DNA of 64,000 nucleotides from Escherichia coli (GTDB lineage Bacteria; Pseudomonadota; Gammaproteobacteria; Enterobacterales; Enterobacteriaceae): NCBI RefSeq assembly GCF_003018255.1, contig NZ_CP027440.1; one strand, 5' to 3'. Shown piece by piece: positions 54,844 to 64,000 of this stretch (position 1 is its first letter; each line of letters starts with the position of its first letter). The notes under the pieces were generated by a model. It saw only the letters and a program-made list of their open reading frames with translations, ran no database searches and was not told where the DNA came from. The position numbers and the translations under genes were made by a program.

Positions 54844-56891
54844 TGCGTGGCTCCTTGTGCCTGTTCCGTGGCGGGCGTTAATGCCGGGGCTGTCCAGTCT
54901 GGCAAGCGGGCGAAAAGCTGGCAGACGTGTTGCTCCTGTTTTAATAAGGTCGGCAGGATGGCCTGCGAGGCGGGTGTTTCTTCAAGCGTTATTTGAGGAG
55001 AATGACTGAGTGCGGTAGCTACACCGGCGGCGTATTTCTCCAGGGCGTCGGCAAACTGACCTGCTCTGTCCGGCTGTAGTGCGTTATCCAGCGCCTGCGC
55101 CGAGTTCCAGGTAACATCCCAGGCGTGAAGAATATCGCGGCCCTGACGAATAACCGTTTGCGAACGTTCAATCAGTAATGCGCGTTCTTCGCTGTCCAGT
55201 TGACGCTCCAGCACCACGCGTTGGCACATCTCTTCACAGGCATTAAACGCCGCATGCAGACCTATGCGAATTTGCAGATAAGTGCGCAGAGCCGTGACTT
55301 CCTGCTGGCGTGGGATCCGCATTACTTTACTCAACATACCCAGCGCGCCAGCCAGTTTTTGCGGCAGCGTGCGCGCTTCGCTTTCAGGCCAGACAAAGGT
55401 GTAAATCACCGCCGACACCACGGTACCAATGATGATACCCAGAGCGCGATCGCGAATTTCCACCAGGTCGTACACCGGGCCAAAAACGTTTTCGAGCGTG
55501 GCGAGCGCGAAGGTGACCACCATCTGTGTGCCGATATAAGAAGAGCGTTCAGAGCTGGTGGCAATCCATGCGCCCAACAGGAAAATCGGTGCCAGCACAA
55601 ACAGCAATTCGACAATATTGTCCAGCCAGGGCATGACCAATAACGTGAATAACAGCGCCAGAATCGCGCCGCAAAAGGCCCCGCCAAAACGCAGCACCAT
55701 CTTCTGGTACGACGAACCGACATTGGGATTAGCGACGATCACGCAGGTCAGCATACAGGTGTGAATGCCTTCCCAGTCCACGCCGCTGTAGAAGGTGTAA
55801 CAGATCAAACAGGCGAGCAGCGTTTTTACCGCGTAGCGCATATAGTCTGGATTGGTAAAAGCGTCGGCGACCATTGATGGCGGTTTGGTGGCGGGCGTTG
55901 GCGGCGTATTCGGGTCCATCTGACCCAGTTGCAATAACGTCTGGCAGATATTCTCCAGGTTACATTCCCGTGCCGCCATCGCTTCACTTTCAGTGATCCG
56001 CCAGTCGCTTTGCCAGCACTGACCTTCGGCAATGGCATGCTGCAGCTTGTTGATTTCTGAGGCTAATTTTTGCCGAAATTCAATAATTGCCTGAGAATCA
56101 GCAAAAGAGGTGGGATCGTAGCGATTCAGCGTCGAGTAAATGTAGGTTACCGTTGCCACGCAGCTTTGCCACCATGCGCTCTGAGTTCGCCAGTTGGCAT
56201 CGTCCGCGAGGCAAAAGACATTGAGTTTTTGCAGCGCCAGCGCCTCTCTTTCAATCCGCGTTTCGGGTAGCGGTGCGAGGCTGTCCGTCAGGTGGCTAAT
56301 GGCATCATCAAGCCGATCATTAAGCGCCTGATGCATCTGCGTGATAGCGCGGCTGGGAAACCACAGCACGCCGATTAACGTCATCAGCAAGGTTGGATAG
56401 AGGCCGACAACGATACACCACAGGGTTAAGCGCACGACCACTTCCGGATAGTCGAGCATGGCGGGGAAGGTTTGCCCGTAAATAGCGACTATGGCGACGG
56501 CGAAAAAGACCAGCCCCAACCGATGGGTGCGCATCAAAAACATACAGCCCATCAGGATCGGTCCGGCGATGATCAATCGGATCAACGGTTCGCCGTATGA
56601 CCATTTGTAGATCAAAAACAGGCTGCCGATCTCCAGCACCGTGGCAACCACAAACAAGATCGCGACAAATTTGGTGTAAAACGCGTTCGACTGAATACCG
56701 TAAAACAGCACTGCCAGCGATAACGCCACAAAAGGGATCTCAAAGGTCATCGAGATCAGAATTACCAGCAGGCAGCCTACCCAGAGTTGCACGGTCTGCG
56801 GCACGCGACCTGGCCGCCGCTCGCTTAACTCTTCATGAAAGAACGCCAGCAGCCTGACCACCGGTAATGGCAGGGAGTTGAGCGCGCTCAT
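54840..56891 (-). CDS. mdtO: efflux pump membrane protein MdtO (AaeB/FUSC-like)
   Basis: 683 aa membrane ORF overlapping mdtP start by 4 bp. Confidence 0.9.
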   Translation of the reverse strand: MSALNSLPLPVVRLLAFFHEELSERRPGRVPQTVQLWVGCLLVILISMTFEIPFVALSLAVLFYGIQSNAFYTKFVAILFVVATVLEIGSLFLIYKWSYGEPLIRLIIAGPILMGCMFLMRTHRLGLVFFAVAIVAIYGQTFPAMLDYPEVVVRLTLWCIVVGLYPTLLMTLIGVLWFPSRAITQMHQALNDRLDDAISHLTDSLAPLPETRIEREALALQKLNVFCLADDANWRTQSAWWQSCVATVTYIYSTLNRYDPTSFADSQAIIEFRQKLASEINKLQHAIAEGQCWQSDWRITESEAMAARECNLENICQTLLQLGQMDPNTPPTPATKPPSMVADAFTNPDYMRYAVKTLLACLICYTFYSGVDWEGIHTCMLTCVIVANPNVGSSYQKMVLRFGGAFCGAILALLFTLLVMPWLDNIVELLFVLAPIFLLGAWIATSSERSSYIGTQMVVTFALATLENVFGPVYDLVEIRDRALGIIIGTVVSAVIYTFVWPESEARTLPQKLAGALGMLSKVMRIPRQQEVTALRTYLQIRIGLHAAFNACEEMCQRVVLERQLDSEERALLIERSQTVIRQGRDILHAWDVTWNSAQALDNALQPDRAGQFADALEKYAAGVATALSHSPQITLEETPASQAILPTLLKQEQHVCQLFARLPDWTAPALTPATEQAQGATQ

Positions 56892-57922
56892 TATTGCGGC
56901 TCAAGATTAGCGACTGCCGAAGCGCCGATGCGGAACATTTCCGGGTCAGGTTTATCGACCATGATTTTGACCGGAAAACGCTGGGCAACGCGGACCCAGT
57001 TAATAGAACGAGACACTTTCGGCAGGCCGCCCAGCACCAGGCCGCCGTCATCCGGTAGCACGCCGTAGCCAATCGAATCCACTTTACCCTCGAAGGTTTT
57101 GCCGCTGTCGCTCATCAGGCGAATGGTTGCGGGTGTACCTGAGCGAATATTTTTCAGATCGGTTTCGCGGAAGTTGGCGATCACGTACCAGTGACGAGTG
57201 TCGATTAGGGTAAAAATAGGGCGCATGGCAGAAGCAAATTGCCCGACGGAGGTTTTGAGGGAAATGACCCGGCCATCAAACGGCGCGCGAACGGTCGCCA
57301 TTTCCAGATGCAGTTTGGTCAGGGCAATATCCGCTTCGACCGCCGCACGTTGCGCCACCAGCGCATCGATGCCGCTGACGGCGCTGGCGGCTGACTGCGC
57401 CTGTAACAATACGGCATTAAGATCCGCTTCTGCGGCGCGCTGCGCAGTTCTTGCACGGTCAACGTCTTCCGCTGAGACAAAACCTTCTTTCAGTAATGGC
57501 TCGGTGCGGCGTAATGTATCTGTGGCCTGTTTCGCGGCGGCACGGGCTTTTTCTACCGTGGCATTAACCGAGTCGGCACCAAACTGTTGCGCGTCAACGC
57601 TACGCTGGGTGAGCATAATTTGCTTATCCAGCGCCGCGAGGGAGGCTTCGGCTTTCGCCAGATTGGCTTCGTATGGGCGTGGGTCGATGCGGAATAGCAA
57701 ATCACCCTGTTTCACCGCCTGGTTGTCGGTGACCGCCAGTTCTACAATGCGACCGCTGACTTCCGGCACCACATCAATGGTATCTGCTGACGCGTAAGCG
57801 TCATTAGTTGATGGCGCACTGTCTACGCGCCAGATAACGAAAACAAGGGCAACCAGCGCCAACGCAACCACTAACAGAGCAGGGAATTTACTGCGAGGAG
57901 CTTTTTTCGGCGTACTTTCCAT
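56891..57922 (-). CDS. mdtN: membrane fusion protein MdtN
   Basis: 343 aa ORF with N-terminal TM and coiled-coil region. Confidence 0.9.
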   Translation of the reverse strand: MESTPKKAPRSKFPALLVVALALVALVFVIWRVDSAPSTNDAYASADTIDVVPEVSGRIVELAVTDNQAVKQGDLLFRIDPRPYEANLAKAEASLAALDKQIMLTQRSVDAQQFGADSVNATVEKARAAAKQATDTLRRTEPLLKEGFVSAEDVDRARTAQRAAEADLNAVLLQAQSAASAVSGIDALVAQRAAVEADIALTKLHLEMATVRAPFDGRVISLKTSVGQFASAMRPIFTLIDTRHWYVIANFRETDLKNIRSGTPATIRLMSDSGKTFEGKVDSIGYGVLPDDGGLVLGGLPKVSRSINWVRVAQRFPVKIMVDKPDPEMFRIGASAVANLEPQ

Positions 57923-57940
57923 GAGCGCGTCTCAAATAGA

Positions 57941-58216
57941 TTAGAAAAATGCCAGCCAGAACAGCATGGCGTAGAGAGCAAAAAGGGCGGTATAAATAAT
58001 TCCGACAAATGCCAGATTGATATTTGCCCGCTGAATAATTCGCCTCGTGATGAGCGTCAAAATAAGGCTGGCAATGGCGCAGAAAAACCAGCCGGGATAA
58101 TAAGCGCCGATCACCGGGATTGCCGGAGATAATGAGCATCCCGAAACCATGAAGACGGGAATTATCCAGGCTGTTTTTTTGAGTTGCATCGCCATGCGAG
58201 AGAGAACTGTTGGCAT
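57941..58216 (-). CDS. ytcA: small lipoprotein YtcA (DUF1656)
   Basis: ORF track 107 aa; start at MPTVLSRMAMQ gives 91 aa; lipobox VSGC. Confidence 0.75.
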   Translation of the reverse strand: MPTVLSRMAMQLKKTAWIIPVFMVSGCSLSPAIPVIGAYYPGWFFCAIASLILTLITRRIIQRANINLAFVGIIYTALFALYAMLFWLAFF

Positions 58217-58387
58217 ATTAAATACATCCTGTCTGCTGCGAACAATATCTGTAGTGAATATCAATATCCATTGAAGGCGTCAGTATGGCTATTTTCTCGA
58301 TGAATAAAAATAGATTTATTCAGCCACCGCATTCATAACTTATATGTTTTATGTATTAATTTGTTGTATATATTTTTAAAATAAATG

Positions 58388-58414
58388 CTTTTGGGGGCTT
58401 AAGCGCCCCCAAAA
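58388..58414 (-). terminator. intrinsic terminator after yjcS (CTTTTGGGGGC-loop-GCGCCCCCAAAAG; T-rich downstream on minus strand)
   Basis: GC-rich inverted repeat just 3' of yjcS stop. Confidence 0.8.
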
Positions 58415-58424
58415 GTGAGTAGCA

Positions 58425-60410
58425 TTAATTTGGGGTTACGATATTCACCCACAAATCGAAATTATCCAGACAGGCAATAATTTCTTCCAGTTTCGCGCCA
58501 TTGCCAATAATTTTGGCTTTCTTCGCTTTTACCAGATCCACCATTTTGACTTGTCCGGTCAGCACGGCATGCAGGTCTTCACGGCTGATGTAGAAAGAGG
58601 CGTTGGCTTCAGGTTGCAGCGTTTTACGGTAGTTAAGCACGCTATCGTTCAGCGTCAGGTTGAGGTTATCGCCGTTGCTCATATTGAAGTTCAGGCTGAT
58701 ATTTTTACCCGCGGCTTTCGCACTATCGAGGCGAACGGACATAAAGTCGAACAGCATTTCGACCGACATTCCGCGAATGGTGTCCGGGGAACCGGTGGTG
58801 CCGTGGCTGAACTTATGTACCCCTTCGCGCAGCTCTTTCGCGCCGGTCAGGTAGAAACCGCGCCATGTGGCGGACTCGGCCTGATAGCCCAGCTGTTCAA
58901 AGTTATCCGCTTGCAGATTCTTCGCGACCTGGTCACCAGGGTTGGCGGCAATCACCTGTTTCAGCAGTTCTGCCGACCAGCGGTAATCACCTTGCTTGTT
59001 CGCTTCTTTCGCCAGGTTGATGACGCGGGCAGAACCGCCCAGAGCTTGCACGTAACGTTTACCCATCTCCACCTGACCATACGGATGCAGGTTAGCCGGG
59101 TTACCGTCGTAATAGCCAAGATAGAAGTTATACACCGCGCGGGCGTTGTGGCTGACAGAACCGTAATAGCCGCGGCTGGCCCAGTTATTGGCAAGCGCAG
59201 GCGGCAGCTTAATCATGTCGCCGATTTCATTCATGGTGTAGCCCTGGTTCGCCAGGTGCAGGGTCTGGTCGTGAATGTACTTGATGGTATCGCGATATTT
59301 ACCAATATAATCATTGATATGCTTATTGCCCCAGACCGGCCAGGTGTGCGGCATAAACAGTACTTCCGCGTCGTTACCCCACATATCCAGCGTTTCGTTC
59401 AGGTACTCGGTCCACTTGCTGGTATCGCGGGTTTTCGCGCCGCGCAGAGTGTAGAAGTTGTGCAGGGTATGCGTGGCGTTCTCGGCGGTACACAGGGCTT
59501 TCAGGGCCGGAATATAGAAGTGCATTTCGGCTGGCGCTTCGCTACCCGGAGTCATCAGGAAGTCAAATTCCAGGCCGTCGATAATCATCTTCTCGCCAGT
59601 TCTGACGATAGTTTTAGTCGGTGCAATAATGCTCGGGTCGCCCGTTGCCAGCGTCACGCCCAGGCCGTTGCCCACGTTGCCTTGCGCGTTGTGCGGCAGT
59701 AACAGACCGTAAGAGTAGAGCGCACGGCGGCTCATGATGTTACCCGCCAGCACGTTTTCGCTGATGGCTTCGTCCATAAAGCCTGCCGGAGCAATCACCT
59801 GCACTTTGCCGGATTTAACATCGGCTTCAGAGATAATACCTTTCACGCCGCCATAGTGGTCGGCGTGGCTGTGAGTGTAGATAACGGCAACAATCGGTTT
59901 TTGCGGACGATGCTGGAAGTAAAGATCAAGTGCGGCTTTTGCTGCAGGCGGCGTCACCAGCGGGTCGATAACAATAATGCCTTTCTCGCCCTCAACGAAC
60001 GTAATGTTAGAGATATCCTGGCCGCGCACCTGATACATTTTATCGGTGACTTTGAACAGGCCTGAAATGCCGTTGATCTGCGACTGACGCCACAGGCTGG
60101 GGTTTATGGTTTCCGGCGCAGCGGCATTAATATCAAATTTGTAATCATTCGCGCGGTAGTAAATTTTACCGTTCGCATCACGCAGAATACCTTCATCCAG
60201 CAGCGGAGCGATAAATCCACGCTGAGCATCGTCAAAATCCTGACGATCGCTAAACGGTAATGATTTGGCGTAATTCTGATTAACCTGTTGGGTATATTGA
60301 GTGGCGGCTTTCGCTTCATCTGTTGCATTAGCGGTATTTACCATCATGCTGCTGGCGGCAGTTAACGCAATAACAATCCTGCTCAAACGGAATAACCGAG
60401 AGTTATTCAT
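58425..60410 (-). CDS. yjcS: alkyl/aryl-sulfatase-like metallo-beta-lactamase fold protein YjcS
   Basis: ORF track 665 aa; start at [10 protein letters not shown] gives 661 aa with signal peptide; HSHADH motif. Confidence 0.88.
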   Translation of the reverse strand: MNNSRLFRLSRIVIALTAASSMMVNTANATDEAKAATQYTQQVNQNYAKSLPFSDRQDFDDAQRGFIAPLLDEGILRDANGKIYYRANDYKFDINAAAPETINPSLWRQSQINGISGLFKVTDKMYQVRGQDISNITFVEGEKGIIVIDPLVTPPAAKAALDLYFQHRPQKPIVAVIYTHSHADHYGGVKGIISEADVKSGKVQVIAPAGFMDEAISENVLAGNIMSRRALYSYGLLLPHNAQGNVGNGLGVTLATGDPSIIAPTKTIVRTGEKMIIDGLEFDFLMTPGSEAPAEMHFYIPALKALCTAENATHTLHNFYTLRGAKTRDTSKWTEYLNETLDMWGNDAEVLFMPHTWPVWGNKHINDYIGKYRDTIKYIHDQTLHLANQGYTMNEIGDMIKLPPALANNWASRGYYGSVSHNARAVYNFYLGYYDGNPANLHPYGQVEMGKRYVQALGGSARVINLAKEANKQGDYRWSAELLKQVIAANPGDQVAKNLQADNFEQLGYQAESATWRGFYLTGAKELREGVHKFSHGTTGSPDTIRGMSVEMLFDFMSVRLDSAKAAGKNISLNFNMSNGDNLNLTLNDSVLNYRKTLQPEANASFYISREDLHAVLTGQVKMVDLVKAKKAKIIGNGAKLEEIIACLDNFDLWVNIVTPN

Positions 60411-60640
60411 ATAAATCTCCATTTATCATTTATGTCGTAAATATGTAATCCATGCAAAATACGTCATTTAAAGCTGGCGTTATCATAATTGGGAAATTGC
60501 GACTTTAATAAGTAGAAGTGTGAGCGGAACGAGCCATTTTATTAGGCATTTGTGCTGAAGAGGGAAAAGTACAGTAGAACTATCATTGCTGGGAATAATA
60601 TGGGCTGTTTTATGTAATTATTATATATATTGTACCTGTC

Positions 60641-60675
60641 GTTGGCACAGCGGGACATTGCGCTACTGTGCCAAC
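60641..60675 (-). terminator. stem-loop at 3' end of als operon (GTTGGCACAG-N15-CTGTGCCAAC)
   Basis: 10-bp perfect inverted repeat just 3' of alsK stop; no U-run, so function uncertain. Confidence 0.35.
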
Positions 60676-60682
60676 GCTTTAC

Positions 60683-62291
<1,609 letters not shown>

Positions 62292-62301
62292 GTTCAATTC
62301 C

Positions 62302-63282
62302 TTACTTACTGATAAGACGGTCAAGGGCGACAGCCGCGATAATTAATCCGCCCATCACCACCAGTTGGTAATAGGTTTGTACCTGCAAAATATTCAGACC
62401 GTTGTTGATGGTGCCGATGATCAACCCGCCAATCACCACAGAGAAAATGCGCCCCTTGCCGCCGAAGAAACTGGTGCCGCCAATGATGGCGCTGGCAATG
62501 GCATAGGTTTCAAAACCCATACCGGCAAGCGGTTCTGCGGCACCGAGTCGTGCAGTTGAGACGACGCCTGCCAGACCTGCACAAACACCGGAGATGATAA
62601 ACACCACCAGGATGTGGAATTTCACGTCAATCCCGGAATAGAACGCCGAGTTTTTGTTGCCGCCCAGTGCGTAGATGTTGCGCCCGAGCCGCATACGCGT
62701 TGTCAGAAACCAAAGGATGAGCGCGACAATTAGCGAGAAGATAACGGGGACAGGTATCCCAATTACGCTGGCGGCAAAGAAGTTCACGAAGTCAAATGAG
62801 AAGCCGTATACCGAGTTGGCATCGGAGATCACCAGCGTGATCCCACGGAAAATAGCGTTGGTGCCAAGGGTGATAATGAACGGGTGTAGTCCCGTCCAGT
62901 TGACCAGGCAGCCGTTGATCGCCCCCAGTGCGCCGCCAACCAGTACACCGCCAATTAGCGCCGCGAGAAACGGATCAATACCTGCCAACATCAGTTTAGC
63001 GGTCACCATACCGGAAAGCGCCAGAATCGCGCCAACCGAAAGGTCGATACCGGCGACCAGGATAGCGAAGAATTCCCCCATGCCGATCAGTACCGTCACG
63101 GAGCTTTGCACAAAAATCTGGGTAATATTATTGGTGGTCAGAAAATATTCTGGCGACAGCGAACCAAAAATGGCGACGATGATCGCCAGGATAAAAAAAG
63201 TACCGTATTTATCCCAGAACAGCGCAAAGTTGAACGGTTTCTTCTCGCTCGCTTCGCTTTTTACTCGTGTGGTAAAGCCCAT
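62302..63282 (-). CDS. alsC: D-allose ABC transporter permease AlsC
   Basis: 326 aa polytopic membrane ORF. Confidence 0.9.
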   Translation of the reverse strand: MGFTTRVKSEASEKKPFNFALFWDKYGTFFILAIIVAIFGSLSPEYFLTTNNITQIFVQSSVTVLIGMGEFFAILVAGIDLSVGAILALSGMVTAKLMLAGIDPFLAALIGGVLVGGALGAINGCLVNWTGLHPFIITLGTNAIFRGITLVISDANSVYGFSFDFVNFFAASVIGIPVPVIFSLIVALILWFLTTRMRLGRNIYALGGNKNSAFYSGIDVKFHILVVFIISGVCAGLAGVVSTARLGAAEPLAGMGFETYAIASAIIGGTSFFGGKGRIFSVVIGGLIIGTINNGLNILQVQTYYQLVVMGGLIIAAVALDRLISK

Positions 63283-64000
63283 GCCATAATCTCCTCTTCG
63301 CTCATGTCATCGCGATTGGTCAGGATTTGCGTCAGTCGTCCTTCGCAGAACACGGCGATGCGGTCGCAGACGGTGATAATTTCAGGTAGTTCAGATGACA
63401 CCATCAGGATGACTTTTCCGTCGTCCGCCAGTTGGCGCATCACTTTGTAAATTTCGGCTTTCGCGCCAACGTCGATGCCACGGGTAGGTTCATCGAAAAT
63501 GATCACTTCCGGGTGACAGCACAGCCATTTGGAGATCAGGACTTTCTGCTGGTTACCGCCGGAGAGTTCAGTGATGTTCTGGTTTACCGAATGACATTTC
63601 AGCGCCAGCAGTTCGCGCTGGGCTTCAGCGGTACGTTGCTCGTCAACTTCATGAAACAACCCCATCGCGCCTTTATAGCCGCCGTCTTTCAGACTGCGGC
63701 TGATAGCTATGTTCTGAGCGATAGAAAAGTTGGGGAAAAAGCCGTTATCCCGGCGGCTTTCAGTGATGTAAGCCATCCCTTTTTTCACGGCATCCAGGGG
63801 AGAACGTGGAGAGATATCTTTGCCATTAAGACGGATTTCTCCGCCAGCGCGTTTATCAACGCCAAACAGGCAGTTCATCAGTTCAGTACGTCCGGAACCG
63901 ACCAGTCCGGCAAAGCCTAATATTTCTCCCCGGCAGACGCTAAATGAGATATCCCGGACCTTTTTTCTGTCACGGCTGGTGACGTTGCGCACCTCAAAAA
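63261..64000 (-). CDS. alsA: D-allose ABC transporter ATPase AlsA (partial; 5' end beyond window)
   Basis: ORF runs to window edge; C-terminal ABC domain motifs (LSGGNQQK, IIFDEPT). Confidence 0.88.
   Translation of the reverse strand, partial: FEVRNVTSRDRKKVRDISFSVCRGEILGFAGLVGSGRTELMNCLFGVDKRAGGEIRLNGKDISPRSPLDAVKKGMAYITESRRDNGFFPNFSIAQNIAISRSLKDGGYKGAMGLFHEVDEQRTAEAQRELLALKCHSVNQNITELSGGNQQKVLISKWLCCHPEVIIFDEPTRGIDVGAKAEIYKVMRQLADDGKVILMVSSELPEIITVCDRIAVFCEGRLTQILTNRDDMSEEEIMAWALPHE

Noticed and set aside
58551-59702. 383 aa plus-strand ORF inside yjcS
   Set aside because: Antisense shadow ORF; yjcS on the minus strand has a signal peptide and metallo-beta-lactamase motifs

Overview
The window is an enterobacterial chromosomal segment with the gene order of the Escherichia coli K-12 region around 91-92 min, and I find no convincing novel multi-gene system in it. 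Gene identities come from my recall of protein sequences, ORF lengths and synteny; no database search was run. Left to right: yjbH 3' end, a small secreted-protein ORF, psiE, malGFE (-), malK-lamB-malM (+), ubiCA, plsB (-), dgkA, lexA-dinF, yjbJ, zur (-), dusA, pspG, qor (-), dnaB, alr, tyrB, an AT-rich orphan ORF (-), aphA, yjbQR, uvrA (-), ssb, yjcB (-), pdeC, soxS (-)/soxR, ghxP, yjcE, actP-yjcH-acs (-), nrfABCDEFG, gltP, yjcO (-), fdhF (-, with in-frame UGA selenocysteine codon), mdtPON-ytcA (-), yjcS (-), and alsKECA (-, alsA truncated by the window edge). Intergenic regions carry REP/BIME repeats, LexA boxes, the SoxR operator, sigma-54 promoters and several intrinsic terminators. No rRNA, tRNA, CRISPR array, transposase or integrase was seen. 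Compared with the K-12 gene order as I remember it, four loci are absent (xylE, yjbI, yjbL-yjbM, yjcF), so this is probably a non-K-12 Escherichia/Shigella lineage with nothing inserted. The most unusual element is the AT-rich orphan ORF between tyrB and aphA, which carries an in-frame 18-bp tandem duplication. A repeated GATAACGTTTGC-like motif upstream of ghxP is the second item worth checking. CDS coordinates are taken from the ORF track with starts adjusted to known protein lengths; sites located by eye may be off by 1-3 bp.
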